IMG/VR virus record: IMGVR_UViG_3300027863_001119
Coordinates: 32,001-96,000 of that record
DNA length: 64,000 nt
Reading direction: 5' to 3' (one strand)
From: a virus
In this document: in pieces, positions 37,574 through 47,229 of the stretch
Position numbering within the stretch: position 1 is the stretch's first letter
Layout: every line of letters starts with the position of its first letter
Position numbers and translations under genes: made by a program
Notes under the pieces: model-generated
Database searches by the model: none
What the model was told of the DNA's origin: nothing
Seen by the model: only the letters and a program-made list of their open reading frames with translations

Positions 37574-38215
37574 ATGATATTTTCTCATACTCTCACACAG
37601 TATATAAAAGAATTAGGAGATCCTAAATATGAACCTCTTACTAAAGAAGAGGAGAAGGAGTTGTTAATACAATTTGCCTCAGGTTCTTCTTATGCAAGAG
37701 AAAGATTAATAAATTGTCATTTACGTTTTGTGATTTATCTTTTGAGAGATTATAAAATTCCACCTCAGGTAGATGTAATGGACTTAATTCAAGAAGGTAA
37801 TTTAGGGTTAATAGATGGATTACAAAGATTCGACCCGTCTTATGAATGTAGAGTTTTTACTTATGCAAGACATTATATTTTATGGTATATAGGAAGAGCT
37901 TTAGCATTTTACTCTAAAACAAGTCAATTTTATACTATACCAGAAAGTTTTGATTTTGATAATATTAAAAGTGAAGAAAGTGAAGATATTACTGTTAAGA
38001 CAAAAGCTTATAGAGATATAGTTAAGAGTATAGAGAAAGTGTTAACTGATAAGGAATTGTCTATCATAAAATTATATTTTGGATTAGATCCACCTTATTT
38101 TAAGTCTTATACTTTGAAAGAAATAGGATTATTACTTCATTTAGATTCTGAAAAAGTACGTCAAATAAAGGAACAAGCTTTAATAAAAATTAAGAAAAAT
38201 TGTAGTTTTTATTAA
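37574..38215 (+). CDS. Phage RNA polymerase sigma-70 family factor
   Basis: Region 1.2 PLTKEEE; region 2 HLRFV..DLIQEGNLGL..RFDP..TYA; region 4 TLKEIG..EKVRQIKEQAL. Confidence 0.9.
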   Translation: MIFSHTLTQYIKELGDPKYEPLTKEEEKELLIQFASGSSYARERLINCHLRFVIYLLRDYKIPPQVDVMDLIQEGNLGLIDGLQRFDPSYECRVFTYARHYILWYIGRALAFYSKTSQFYTIPESFDFDNIKSEESEDITVKTKAYRDIVKSIEKVLTDKELSIIKLYFGLDPPYFKSYTLKEIGLLLHLDSEKVRQIKEQALIKIKKNCSFY

Positions 38216-38234
38216 AATTAATAAGGAGAAATTT

Positions 38235-40934
38235 ATGAAATTTGAAAGAGTATTTACAGCAGAAGGACTTCACCCTTTTAATACCGTTACATGGAAGAAT
38301 TTTAATTCTTCTATTACAAATAAAGAAGGAAAGAAAATATTTGAACAACAAAATGTAGAGTTTCCTGAATTTTGGGATCAAACAAGTGTTGATATTGTTT
38401 GTGAAAAATATTTTGCAGGAAGTACTCCTAAAAATAGGGAATACTCTTTAAAACAATTAATAACAAGAGTAGTAGGGTGGTATTATGAAAAAGGACTTGC
38501 GGATAAATATTTTGACACTGAAGAAGATGCAGAAGTTTTTAAAGATGAGTTGACATATTTAATGCTTTATCAATATGCAGCATTTAACTCTCCTGTATAT
38601 TTTAATGTAGGAGTGAGGAAAGACCCGCAAGTTTCTGCTTGTTTTATTTTATCTGCAGATGATACTATGGATTCTATATCAGATAATATGAAGATAGAAA
38701 TGAGTATATTTAGAGGAGGTTCTGGAGCAGGATTAAATAGAAGCAAATTAAGATCTAGCAAAGAAAGAGTTTCTACAGGTGGAACTGCAATGGGTCCTTT
38801 AGTTCCTATAGAGATTTCCGACAAAATTGCGAAAGCTACTAAGAGTGGAGGAAAAACAAGAAGAAGTGCTTTAATGATGGAATTAGATATAGACCATGGC
38901 GATATAGAACAATTTATAGTACAGAAAGCACAAGTTGAAAAGGCTGCAAAGATTTTGATAAAGGAAGGATGGAGTGCAGACTTTGATGATCCTAACGGAG
39001 TATATTCTTTGTTAGGGTTACAAAATTTTAATCAGTCAGTATCTATACCTGATTCTTTTATGCAATGCTTAATATCATCTCAACAATGGGCATTACTTGA
39101 AAGATATCCTACAAATTTGCCCGATATAGATAAGAAAAAACTTAAGACTATAACTACATTTCAAGGAGATTTTTTTGAATACGAAGGTAATTGGTATTTA
39201 GAGAAAAAAGATGAGTATATAAAGGTCATTAAGTGGGTAAAGGCGAGAGATTTATGGAATATGATTTGTGAAAGTGCATGGGAATGTGCAGATCCCGGGG
39301 TTCAATTTCGCACTCATATTAATAATTGGCACACTTGTAAAGCAGATGGAGAGATAACAGGGTCTAATCCTTGTTCCGAATATTTCTTTTTAGAAGATAC
39401 TAGTTGTAATTTAGCATCTTTAAACTTATTAAAGTTTTTAGAAGGAGATTCTTTTAATATAAGTAAGTTTAAGCAAGCTGTGAGAATATTTATAACCGCA
39501 ATGGATATTTCCGTGCATAATGCATCTTATCCAACTAGACATATTAAAGAGAAGACAAAGTTATACAGAACTTTAGGATTAGGGTATACTAATTTAGGAG
39601 CTTTACTTTTATCTAAGACATTACCTTATGATAGTGAAGAAGGACGTAAGTATGCAGCTGCAATAACCGCTCTTCTTTTATCTTTTGCATATAGTACATC
39701 TCAGGAATTAGCTTCTCAATTAGGACCTTTTGAAAAATATGAAACAAACAAAGAATATGTGTCTGAAGTTTTAGCAAAACACTTATCTTATATGGAGAAG
39801 TTAAAGAACGATTTATCTTTTTCTCAAATAAATGAAGACATAAAAACAGAGATAAATTATATTATTGAACAAGCTATTCAGAATTTTCCTTCTAATCATT
39901 CACCAGTTCGCAATGCACAGGTAGTTGTTATTGCACCAACTGGTACTATTAGTTTTATGATGGGAGCAGAAACAACTGGTATAGAACCTGTTTTAGGTTT
40001 GACTTATTATAAGAAAATGGTAGGAGGAGGGTTCATTGAATTAACTGTTCCTTCAGTAAAGAAAGCTTTACTTAAATTAGGTTATACAGATAGAGAAATA
40101 AATGTTATTTTTAAATCATTAAAAAATGATCCAGAATCTCTCTTTTCTTTATTAGATGCAAAACACCTACCATTATTACAAACTTCTTTTTCTTCTCTAC
40201 CGCAATTAACTTTATCTCCAAGCGCACACGTTGAGATGATGGCAGCTGTTCAACCTTTTATCAGCGGTGGTATATCTAAAACAGTAAATCTTCCTTACAA
40301 TGCTACTAAGGAAGACATTGACAAAATATTTATGACAGCATGGAGATTAGGATTAAAAAGCATTTCTGTTTATAGAGATGGATGTAAAGGAAGTCAACCG
40401 TTATCTTTAGACAAAAGTGAAAAATTATTGAGTAATGGAAGACCTAAACCAATTAGAAGAGTTTTACCAGATGATAGACCGGGATATAATCATAAGTTTA
40501 GGATAGGTAATCAGAAAGGATTTTTACAATTCGGATTTTATCCAGATACTCATAAGTTAGGAGAAATGTATGCAGAAATAAGCAAAGGAGGTAGTACTCT
40601 AAATGGATTGGTTAATACGATTGCTATTTTAGTAAGTATTATGTTACAGTATGGAGTTCCTCCTGAAGAAATTATTGATGCATTTGAAAATTTACAATTT
40701 GAACCAAGTGGATTTACAAGTAATCCTAATATTCCAGTTGCTTCTTCTATTCCAGATTATATAGCAAAGTATATGAGACATTTATTGTCATTTCATTCTC
40801 ATAATTTAGGTTCTGAAAAGAAAAAAGAAGAGTATCAAACAGGAGAAACTTGTCCTAATTGTGGAAATTTAATGGTAAGAACAGGTACTTGTTATACTTG
40901 TACTCATTGTGGTAGTACAGGTGGGTGTGGTTGA
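38235..40934 (+). CDS. nrdJ: Class II (B12-dependent) ribonucleotide reductase with C-terminal zinc ribbon
   Basis: FNSPV.FN, SACFI, NPCSE, CNLASLNL, IAPTGTIS, ISKTVN, YRDGCK; C-terminal CPNCG..C.TC..CG. Confidence 0.93.
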   Translation: MKFERVFTAEGLHPFNTVTWKNFNSSITNKEGKKIFEQQNVEFPEFWDQTSVDIVCEKYFAGSTPKNREYSLKQLITRVVGWYYEKGLADKYFDTEEDAEVFKDELTYLMLYQYAAFNSPVYFNVGVRKDPQVSACFILSADDTMDSISDNMKIEMSIFRGGSGAGLNRSKLRSSKERVSTGGTAMGPLVPIEISDKIAKATKSGGKTRRSALMMELDIDHGDIEQFIVQKAQVEKAAKILIKEGWSADFDDPNGVYSLLGLQNFNQSVSIPDSFMQCLISSQQWALLERYPTNLPDIDKKKLKTITTFQGDFFEYEGNWYLEKKDEYIKVIKWVKARDLWNMICESAWECADPGVQFRTHINNWHTCKADGEITGSNPCSEYFFLEDTSCNLASLNLLKFLEGDSFNISKFKQAVRIFITAMDISVHNASYPTRHIKEKTKLYRTLGLGYTNLGALLLSKTLPYDSEEGRKYAAAITALLLSFAYSTSQELASQLGPFEKYETNKEYVSEVLAKHLSYMEKLKNDLSFSQINEDIKTEINYIIEQAIQNFPSNHSPVRNAQVVVIAPTGTISFMMGAETTGIEPVLGLTYYKKMVGGGFIELTVPSVKKALLKLGYTDREINVIFKSLKNDPESLFSLLDAKHLPLLQTSFSSLPQLTLSPSAHVEMMAAVQPFISGGISKTVNLPYNATKEDIDKIFMTAWRLGLKSISVYRDGCKGSQPLSLDKSEKLLSNGRPKPIRRVLPDDRPGYNHKFRIGNQKGFLQFGFYPDTHKLGEMYAEISKGGSTLNGLVNTIAILVSIMLQYGVPPEEIIDAFENLQFEPSGFTSNPNIPVASSIPDYIAKYMRHLLSFHSHNLGSEKKKEEYQTGETCPNCGNLMVRTGTCYTCTHCGSTGGCG

Positions 40935-40959
40935 TAACAACAAAAAAAGAGGTATAGAT

Positions 40960-41628
40960 ATGCAATATCTCTCAATTAATGACTTAAAAATACCTTTTCT
41001 TGTTGCACGAAGAGGAAGAGGCAGTAATGAAGTTATTTCTAAAGTATGTATTAATTACGAAAATGATGTTAGTTTATTTGATATAATAAAAGTAATGACT
41101 GATTATCAGAAAAAAGTGATCAACAAAGATTTGTTATTAGATATAATTGAAGATTTGAAGAAGTTGGGATCTCTTAAGTTTTTAGAAATTTTATTTTTCC
41201 TTCCTGTAGATAGAGTTTCTGTTTATTTAAAGGAGTCTTTAAGTTATCTTTTAGAGTGTGGTTATAAATTTGAAAAAGATAATGATGAATTGATTATGAT
41301 AATCAAATGTCCAGTTCCGGTAGATTATCTTTTTCCTTTTTTAGGAGAAGTTTATTTGGAAGTAAACAATCCTAGTTTAAATTTTTATTTTGAAGATTTA
41401 CTTGATTTATTACAGAGATACGGAAGTGTTATTATTTATCCTATGGTTTCTTTTGAGGATTTACCTCGACTTTCTACATCTTTTGAATCTAGAGTTACTT
41501 TAGATGAATTTTTGAGAATTATGAAAAGTATTTTTACTAAGAGAAAGTTGTGTGAAAATGGAAAGATTTGCGTTAAATTTAGAGATATGTATGGTTTATA
41601 TACTGTTGAAAAAGGTATAGTATGGTAA
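40960..41628 (+). CDS. Degenerate GTP cyclohydrolase IB (FolE2) paralogue
   Basis: Collinear by eye with 47230-48156 but lacks CPCS, HNQR and ESIH; ATG at 40960 after AGAGGT. Confidence 0.55.
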   Translation: MQYLSINDLKIPFLVARRGRGSNEVISKVCINYENDVSLFDIIKVMTDYQKKVINKDLLLDIIEDLKKLGSLKFLEILFFLPVDRVSVYLKESLSYLLECGYKFEKDNDELIMIIKCPVPVDYLFPFLGEVYLEVNNPSLNFYFEDLLDLLQRYGSVIIYPMVSFEDLPRLSTSFESRVTLDEFLRIMKSIFTKRKLCENGKICVKFRDMYGLYTVEKGIVW

Positions 41629-41633
41629 TAATG

Positions 41634-41643
41634 TTGTATTATA
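41634..41643 (+). promoter_or_regulatory. Candidate phage promoter motif TTGTATWATA
   Basis: TTGTATTATA in the 39-bp gap before queE. Confidence 0.5.
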
Positions 41644-41667
41644 TGAATAAAAAAAGAAGGGATATAT

Positions 41668-42417
41668 ATGGAAAAAGAAATAGGAATATCAGAGTTTTAC
41701 ACATGTATTCAAGGAGAAGGAAAATATACAGGAGTCCCTCATATTTTAGTTCGTATGGTAGGATGTCCTATGAGATGTGTTTTTGGAAGTTCTATTTGTG
41801 ATAGCTGGTATACTAGTTGGGCTCCTGAACCTTTTCGTGTTGTAGAGAGTACACTTATAAACTTTTATAAAAAAAATTCTCATATAAAGCATACTATGAT
41901 AACAGGAGGAGAACCTACTTCAAATCCAACTTTGTTAAATAGGTTGGTAAATATTGCGAAAGATTTTGGTCATTTTGTTACTATAGAGACAGCCGGTATT
42001 GCTTTTGTAAAAACAAAAGCAGATTTTATTTCTTTATCTCCTAAATTATCAAGTACTACTCCTAAAGTTGGAGGTCTTTACAAAGCAGGAGATAAAGTTA
42101 TCAAAGTTCCTCAAGCTTGGGTTACTCGTCATAAATCATTAAGGAATAATTATGATATTATGTTACAACTTATTTCTTATTATGATTATCAATTTAAGCC
42201 AGTAGTATCTAACTTTGAGAAGGATATTGAAGAAATTGAAGAAATGGTAAAACAACTAAAAATTCCAAACTGTAAGGTATATTTGATGCCTGCAGGAGCT
42301 ACGAGAGAGGAATTAGATAAGATTAGAGTTCCTTTAATAGAGTATTGTATTAAAAAAGGATATAATTATACTGATAGAATTCACATTGTTGCTTATGACA
42401 ATAAAAGAGGAGTTTAG
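41668..42417 (+). CDS. queE: 7-carboxy-7-deazaguanine synthase (radical SAM)
   Basis: E.Y..IQGEG..TG.P..VR..GC..RC..CDS, ITGGEP, TIET.G, SLSPKL, YLMP.G, DRIH. Confidence 0.9.
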   Translation: MEKEIGISEFYTCIQGEGKYTGVPHILVRMVGCPMRCVFGSSICDSWYTSWAPEPFRVVESTLINFYKKNSHIKHTMITGGEPTSNPTLLNRLVNIAKDFGHFVTIETAGIAFVKTKADFISLSPKLSSTTPKVGGLYKAGDKVIKVPQAWVTRHKSLRNNYDIMLQLISYYDYQFKPVVSNFEKDIEEIEEMVKQLKIPNCKVYLMPAGATREELDKIRVPLIEYCIKKGYNYTDRIHIVAYDNKRGV

Positions 42418-42420
42418 TTT

Positions 42421-42741
42421 ATGTTAGATAAAGAAAGAGTTGTTTATGAGATATTAGAAGAGTTAAGAAGAAGATATAATTCACCTGTATTACGTAAAAA
42501 CTTAAGATTAGATGTCAATTTTCTTCGAGAAGTATTAGAAATTGTAGAAAATTCTGGATATGATATATTACCTGCGAAAAGTTATCCTACAGAAGGATTT
42601 TCTGCAACTGCTATTGATGATTTTTATCAAGAAATAGCTCAATGGGTTCAAACAGATAGAGATTATTATATACCAGCAGAACAGATTATAAGAAACCTAA
42701 TTTATAAAGGATGGGTTATTATACCCCCAAGAGGTTTGTAG
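42421..42741 (+). CDS. Hypothetical protein
   Basis: 106-aa ORF with GAGGAG SD; tight packing. Confidence 0.55.
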   Translation: MLDKERVVYEILEELRRRYNSPVLRKNLRLDVNFLREVLEIVENSGYDILPAKSYPTEGFSATAIDDFYQEIAQWVQTDRDYYIPAEQIIRNLIYKGWVIIPPRGL

Positions 42742-44214
42742 ATGATGGGAAAAGTAGTTATTAATTTTTCTTTTGTTTGGTGTAAAATTATTTCTGCTCC
42801 CTCCGCGGTGTATAATCTTTTATATGATACTCTAAAGTATAGACCAGAAGGATATTATTTTTCTCCGAAGTACCAAAATGGTATATGGGATGGATATTGT
42901 AGATTGTATAAACATGCTTCTAAGAAATTCAGAACAGGATTATTACCAAGAGTAGTAGATATACTTAAGAGTAATAATTATGAGATAGAGATATTAAATT
43001 TTCCAAATCATGCAATATCGGAGATTTCAAAAGTTGATTTTAAAGATGCAAATGATAATGTTGTTACTTTAAGACACTATCAACAAGAGGCAACTTTGAC
43101 TGCTATAAGAAAAAGATTTGGTATAATTCAAGCTCCTCCGAGAAGTGGTAAAACTTTGATTGCGGTTTCTATTATTTATCATTTTAATCAATTTCCCGTA
43201 GTTTTCTTAGTGCGCAGCAGAGATTTAGCGTATCAAACTTTAAGGGTGTTTGAGAAGAATTTTAAAGATAAACAAATAGGTTTTATTTGTGATGGTGAAT
43301 GTAAGATAGGAGATATTAATGTAGTTACAGTTCAAAGTGCTTATTCTGCTTATAATAAGAAATATAAAGAAAAAGGATTATACGAAGAAAAAGAAGTAGT
43401 TGATAAAGAAGGAGTAAGAAATTTATTAATAAAAACAAAAACCTTATTTTTAGATGAAGTTCATCATTTACAATCTTCCACTACAGGATTTATTTATGAT
43501 AGGTGTATAAATACAGTTATGAAAATAGGGTTGTCAGCTACTCCTTTTTCAGATAAACCTGACTCTATCTTAGTAGAAGAGAGAACTGGTCCTGTTATAT
43601 ACAAAATTACTTATTCTTCTTTGATCGAAGAAGGATATTTAATGACTCCCTACATATATATGTATAAACTTCCTTCTATTAAGGTTGATGGTAATTATAG
43701 AGCTGTTTATACAAAAGCTGTAATACAGAATCCATTTTTAACTCATTTAGTACGTAATTTAGCGAAACAACTAAACGCTCTTGGAAAATCAGTTGTAGTT
43801 CAAACTGAATTTATTCAACATACTAAAGATTTAGCAAAATTCTTAGAATGTGAGTATTTAGTAGGCAGTGATAGTACAGAGAAGAGACAAGATGTATTAA
43901 AGAGATTACAAAATAAAGAAATTTTACTTTTAGTGTCTACATTATTTGAAGAAGGTTTAGATGTTCCAAGTTTAGATTATACTATCAATATGGTTGGAGG
44001 GTTAAGCAATATAGCAACTTTTCAACGTATGAGATCTATAACCAAACATGAATCAAAAACAACAGTAGGAATTATAGATTTTATACATCAATGTAAATAT
44101 CTATCTCAACATTCTCAAAAGAGATTATCTTTATATAAGTCAGAACCTGCTTTTGTAGTAGAGATTAGAGATGTTAGTAATTTAACTTTAGAGGATATAG
44201 AAAATGAAGATTAA
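42742..44214 (+). CDS. SF2 helicase (UvsW-like)
   Basis: WDG motif, LRHYQ, PPRSGKT, DEVHH, GLSATP, EGLDVP. Confidence 0.88.
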   Translation: MMGKVVINFSFVWCKIISAPSAVYNLLYDTLKYRPEGYYFSPKYQNGIWDGYCRLYKHASKKFRTGLLPRVVDILKSNNYEIEILNFPNHAISEISKVDFKDANDNVVTLRHYQQEATLTAIRKRFGIIQAPPRSGKTLIAVSIIYHFNQFPVVFLVRSRDLAYQTLRVFEKNFKDKQIGFICDGECKIGDINVVTVQSAYSAYNKKYKEKGLYEEKEVVDKEGVRNLLIKTKTLFLDEVHHLQSSTTGFIYDRCINTVMKIGLSATPFSDKPDSILVEERTGPVIYKITYSSLIEEGYLMTPYIYMYKLPSIKVDGNYRAVYTKAVIQNPFLTHLVRNLAKQLNALGKSVVVQTEFIQHTKDLAKFLECEYLVGSDSTEKRQDVLKRLQNKEILLLVSTLFEEGLDVPSLDYTINMVGGLSNIATFQRMRSITKHESKTTVGIIDFIHQCKYLSQHSQKRLSLYKSEPAFVVEIRDVSNLTLEDIENED

Positions 44215-44602
44215 GTTAACAAATACTAAAGATATAGATAAATGGTCTAATAGAGATATTTTAATTTATTTTTTAGTTAAGTATAAGGAGTTTGTTTCTA
44301 AAGAGTTTAGTGTGCCAGAAGATGCTTGGGTTGGTATGATGTCGAGGATAAAAGGATTTAGAGAAAAGATGAATTTAACTTCTCTTCAATACAAAGAATT
44401 TATTGATGATGTATTTTCTATTTTTTTTACTCAAAAGGATTACGTTCCTTCTTTTGGGGCAATAGTAAGTGAAAAAGTATATTATAATATTAAGTTTTTA
44501 AAAACTTCAAAATTAACATCTTGCAAATCATTTACAAACGATGATTTTGAAAAACTTAAACAAGAACTTTATAGTAAGGAAATTTTTAGAAAACTATTAT
44601 GA
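44204..44602 (+). CDS. Hypothetical protein (possible replication initiation factor)
   Basis: Directly upstream of the DnaC-like and DnaB-like genes. Confidence 0.45.
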   Translation: MKIKLTNTKDIDKWSNRDILIYFLVKYKEFVSKEFSVPEDAWVGMMSRIKGFREKMNLTSLQYKEFIDDVFSIFFTQKDYVPSFGAIVSEKVYYNIKFLKTSKLTSCKSFTNDDFEKLKQELYSKEIFRKLL

Positions 44603-44614
44603 GAAATATTGTTT

Positions 44615-45376
44615 ATGAAAAGTTTCTTAATACCCCCAGAGAAAGTTGAAAGTATTAAAAATTCTGTTATTGGAAAGTTTTGTAAAGGAAAGTGTTTAGG
44701 GAGAGGTGCATATTTAACAACGAATGGTATATTTATGGATTGTGAGTGTGTAGAAGAGTTTAGAAGACAGATAAAATTACTTTCTGCTAATATACCTCAA
44801 AAGTATTGGGATTTTGACCTTCGAAATTTAACAAAAGAATTTATAAGTAATAATAAAGAAGCGTTAAAGATAATAAAAAATTATGTAGATAAGATAAAGA
44901 TTATGGTAGATGAAGGTGTAGGGTTGTATATACAAGGAGCACATGGTTTAGCCAAAACAGCACTTAGTTATTATATTTTGAAAGAAGCTATGAAACAAGA
45001 CATTATATGTTATGCTATTAGTATGTCTCGACTTACAGGACTATTTTATGACATAAATATAGAAGAGAATAAAGAGTTAATTGAATGGATTAAGAATGAT
45101 GTAAAATTGTTAGTTATAGAAGAAATTGAAAAAGATTATAATATTGATAAGTCTACTACTTTTTTGGGTTCAATGGTAAATGATTTTTTTAGAAGTATTT
45201 ATGATACAAAAAAATCATTGATTGTTAATTCTAATTTTTCTAAAAAAGTATTGAAGGAAAGTAGGGTTCACGCAGATAACGTAGTTGATAGATTTGAGGA
45301 ATTAGTAGATGTTATTTTAGTTGGTAATTCTTATCGTAAACAGTATGAAAACCTTCGAAAGATAATAGAATTGTAA
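44615..45376 (+). CDS. DnaC/IstB-like helicase loader
   Basis: N-terminal C..C.G.G...CEC, ANIP.KY, GLYIQGAHGLAKT, LLVIEEI, SN, DRF.E, G.SYR. Confidence 0.8.
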   Translation: MKSFLIPPEKVESIKNSVIGKFCKGKCLGRGAYLTTNGIFMDCECVEEFRRQIKLLSANIPQKYWDFDLRNLTKEFISNNKEALKIIKNYVDKIKIMVDEGVGLYIQGAHGLAKTALSYYILKEAMKQDIICYAISMSRLTGLFYDINIEENKELIEWIKNDVKLLVIEEIEKDYNIDKSTTFLGSMVNDFFRSIYDTKKSLIVNSNFSKKVLKESRVHADNVVDRFEELVDVILVGNSYRKQYENLRKIIEL

Positions 45377-45377
45377 T

Positions 45378-46709
45378 ATGATAAAATTTAAAGATCCTCA
45401 AGTCGAAAAGTTAGTATTAGCTGCCTTCTTAAAAGGCCCAGAATTTTGGAAAGAGATTCCAGAAAGCTGGTTTGAGGAAGAACTACACAGAAGATGTTAT
45501 AAAGAATTTAAAAAAATTCTAAGACCTCCTTACTCTACTTTTCCTACTCCTGATATAATTATTGATAAGACAAATGATCCGGACGTAAAAATTTTAGTTT
45601 TAGAATTAAAAGAAATTAATATTACTTTGCAAGAACTGAATGTTAGAATTCAAGATTTATTTGATATGTTTTGTTCACGCAAGTTATTTGATGTAGCATC
45701 AAAGTTACCAGAGGAATTACAATCAAAGAATCCAAGGGAAATTGTAAGAGAGAAAATATCTGTTTTATCTGAATTAGTAAATCCTTTTGGTATAAAAGAA
45801 AGTAATAGAGAATTTATTTATGATTCTGCCGTAGAAAGATGGGAGTATTATAAAGGAGTAGAATCCAAAACTATTGAAAGTACAGCAATACCTTTTCATA
45901 TAAACGACTTAGATTATTATACTAATGGAGGTTTAAGAAAAACTCATATGATGTTAATTGTTGCAGGAACTGGAGAATTTAAAACCCTTACTAAATTGTC
46001 TATTGCATATAATTATGCTTTTATAGAGAAAAAAGATACAATGGTACTTACACTTGAAGTTCCTGGTTCTGGAGACCAAAGAGATTATCAAAGAATGATT
46101 GATGCGAGACATTCTTTATTAGAGTTTAAGGATATAGTTTCTGGTAAATTGAATGTAAATAGAGGTATTTATAGAGAGAAGTTAATAGATATTGTTGAAA
46201 ACAAATATCCTCTTTACATTGTAGATATTCCAGATAAAGCTACTTCTGGAGATGTTATTAAAGAGATAGAGTTATATTTTGCTAAAACAGGAAAGTATCC
46301 AGATGCAGTTATAATTGATTATTTGAATGAAATGGAGCCTTTAGGAAGTTATAGTAGTAGTTCCGAAAAGTTTAAGTTGCTTGCGTCAGAACTTAGAGTT
46401 ATAGCTCGTACATATGGAACTCGTTTAATTACAAGTATGCAATTGAATAGAGAAGGGAAAAAGATTAAGGAAGGAGAGAAAAGAGATTTAGAGAATATTT
46501 CAGAATCTCATTATGTTACTAATCCTTTTCATGTTATTGTTTTTTTACATCAGGATCCAAATGGAATTGATGCTGCTACAAATCAATTACATTGGACGAT
46601 AAGAAAAAATAGATATGGTCAAAAGAATGTTACTTTTACTACATTTGCAAATCCTGCATTTTGTTACGTAGGGGATAGAAAAATAATATATCCAGGGTAT
46701 GAACAATAA
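45378..46709 (+). CDS. dnaB: DnaB-like replicative helicase
   Basis: LD..TNGGL, AGTGEFKT, TLE, IIDYL, SMQLNR, KNRYG. Confidence 0.8.
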   Translation: MIKFKDPQVEKLVLAAFLKGPEFWKEIPESWFEEELHRRCYKEFKKILRPPYSTFPTPDIIIDKTNDPDVKILVLELKEINITLQELNVRIQDLFDMFCSRKLFDVASKLPEELQSKNPREIVREKISVLSELVNPFGIKESNREFIYDSAVERWEYYKGVESKTIESTAIPFHINDLDYYTNGGLRKTHMMLIVAGTGEFKTLTKLSIAYNYAFIEKKDTMVLTLEVPGSGDQRDYQRMIDARHSLLEFKDIVSGKLNVNRGIYREKLIDIVENKYPLYIVDIPDKATSGDVIKEIELYFAKTGKYPDAVIIDYLNEMEPLGSYSSSSEKFKLLASELRVIARTYGTRLITSMQLNREGKKIKEGEKRDLENISESHYVTNPFHVIVFLHQDPNGIDAATNQLHWTIRKNRYGQKNVTFTTFANPAFCYVGDRKIIYPGYEQ

Positions 46710-46723
46710 AGCAAAAAAAATGT

Positions 46724-47215
46724 ATGAGTATTAATATTGATATAATCAATATATTAAACAAGTATAATATAAGTTATAGAGAAAATTCTTACTCTGATGA
46801 AATAGATATTTTATGTCCTTTTCATGATGACCATCATTTTGGTAATGCTAAGATTAATAAAAAAACTGGTTTGTTTAATTGTTTTTCTTGTGGAAAAGGA
46901 GGAGGTATAGTTAGGTTTGTGGCGTTATTGGAAGGAATAACTGATAGAGAAGCTTTTTTATTGTTGAAAGGAAATAATAATTATGACTTAAATACTTTAC
47001 AAAAGAAAATAGATTTTTATAAAAGAGAACAAGTAAAAAAAGATAATAGAAATCTTTCTCAAAGAATTCTATACAAGATTTTAAATAATTTACCAATTGT
47101 ACCAATAGATTCTACAAACTATTGGTTGTATATATGTAATTGTATTTTATCATATAATTTTAGTGAAGAAGAATTATTACAAATTTATAATGAATTTTTA
47201 CATCAAAAAAAATAA
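46724..47215 (+). CDS. Primase CHC2 zinc-finger domain protein (stand-alone)
   Basis: CPFHDD..FNCFSCGKGG.I..FV...EG...EA. Confidence 0.8.
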   Translation: MSINIDIINILNKYNISYRENSYSDEIDILCPFHDDHHFGNAKINKKTGLFNCFSCGKGGGIVRFVALLEGITDREAFLLLKGNNNYDLNTLQKKIDFYKREQVKKDNRNLSQRILYKILNNLPIVPIDSTNYWLYICNCILSYNFSEEELLQIYNEFLHQKK

Positions 47216-47229
47216 AAAGGAGAAGTGAT

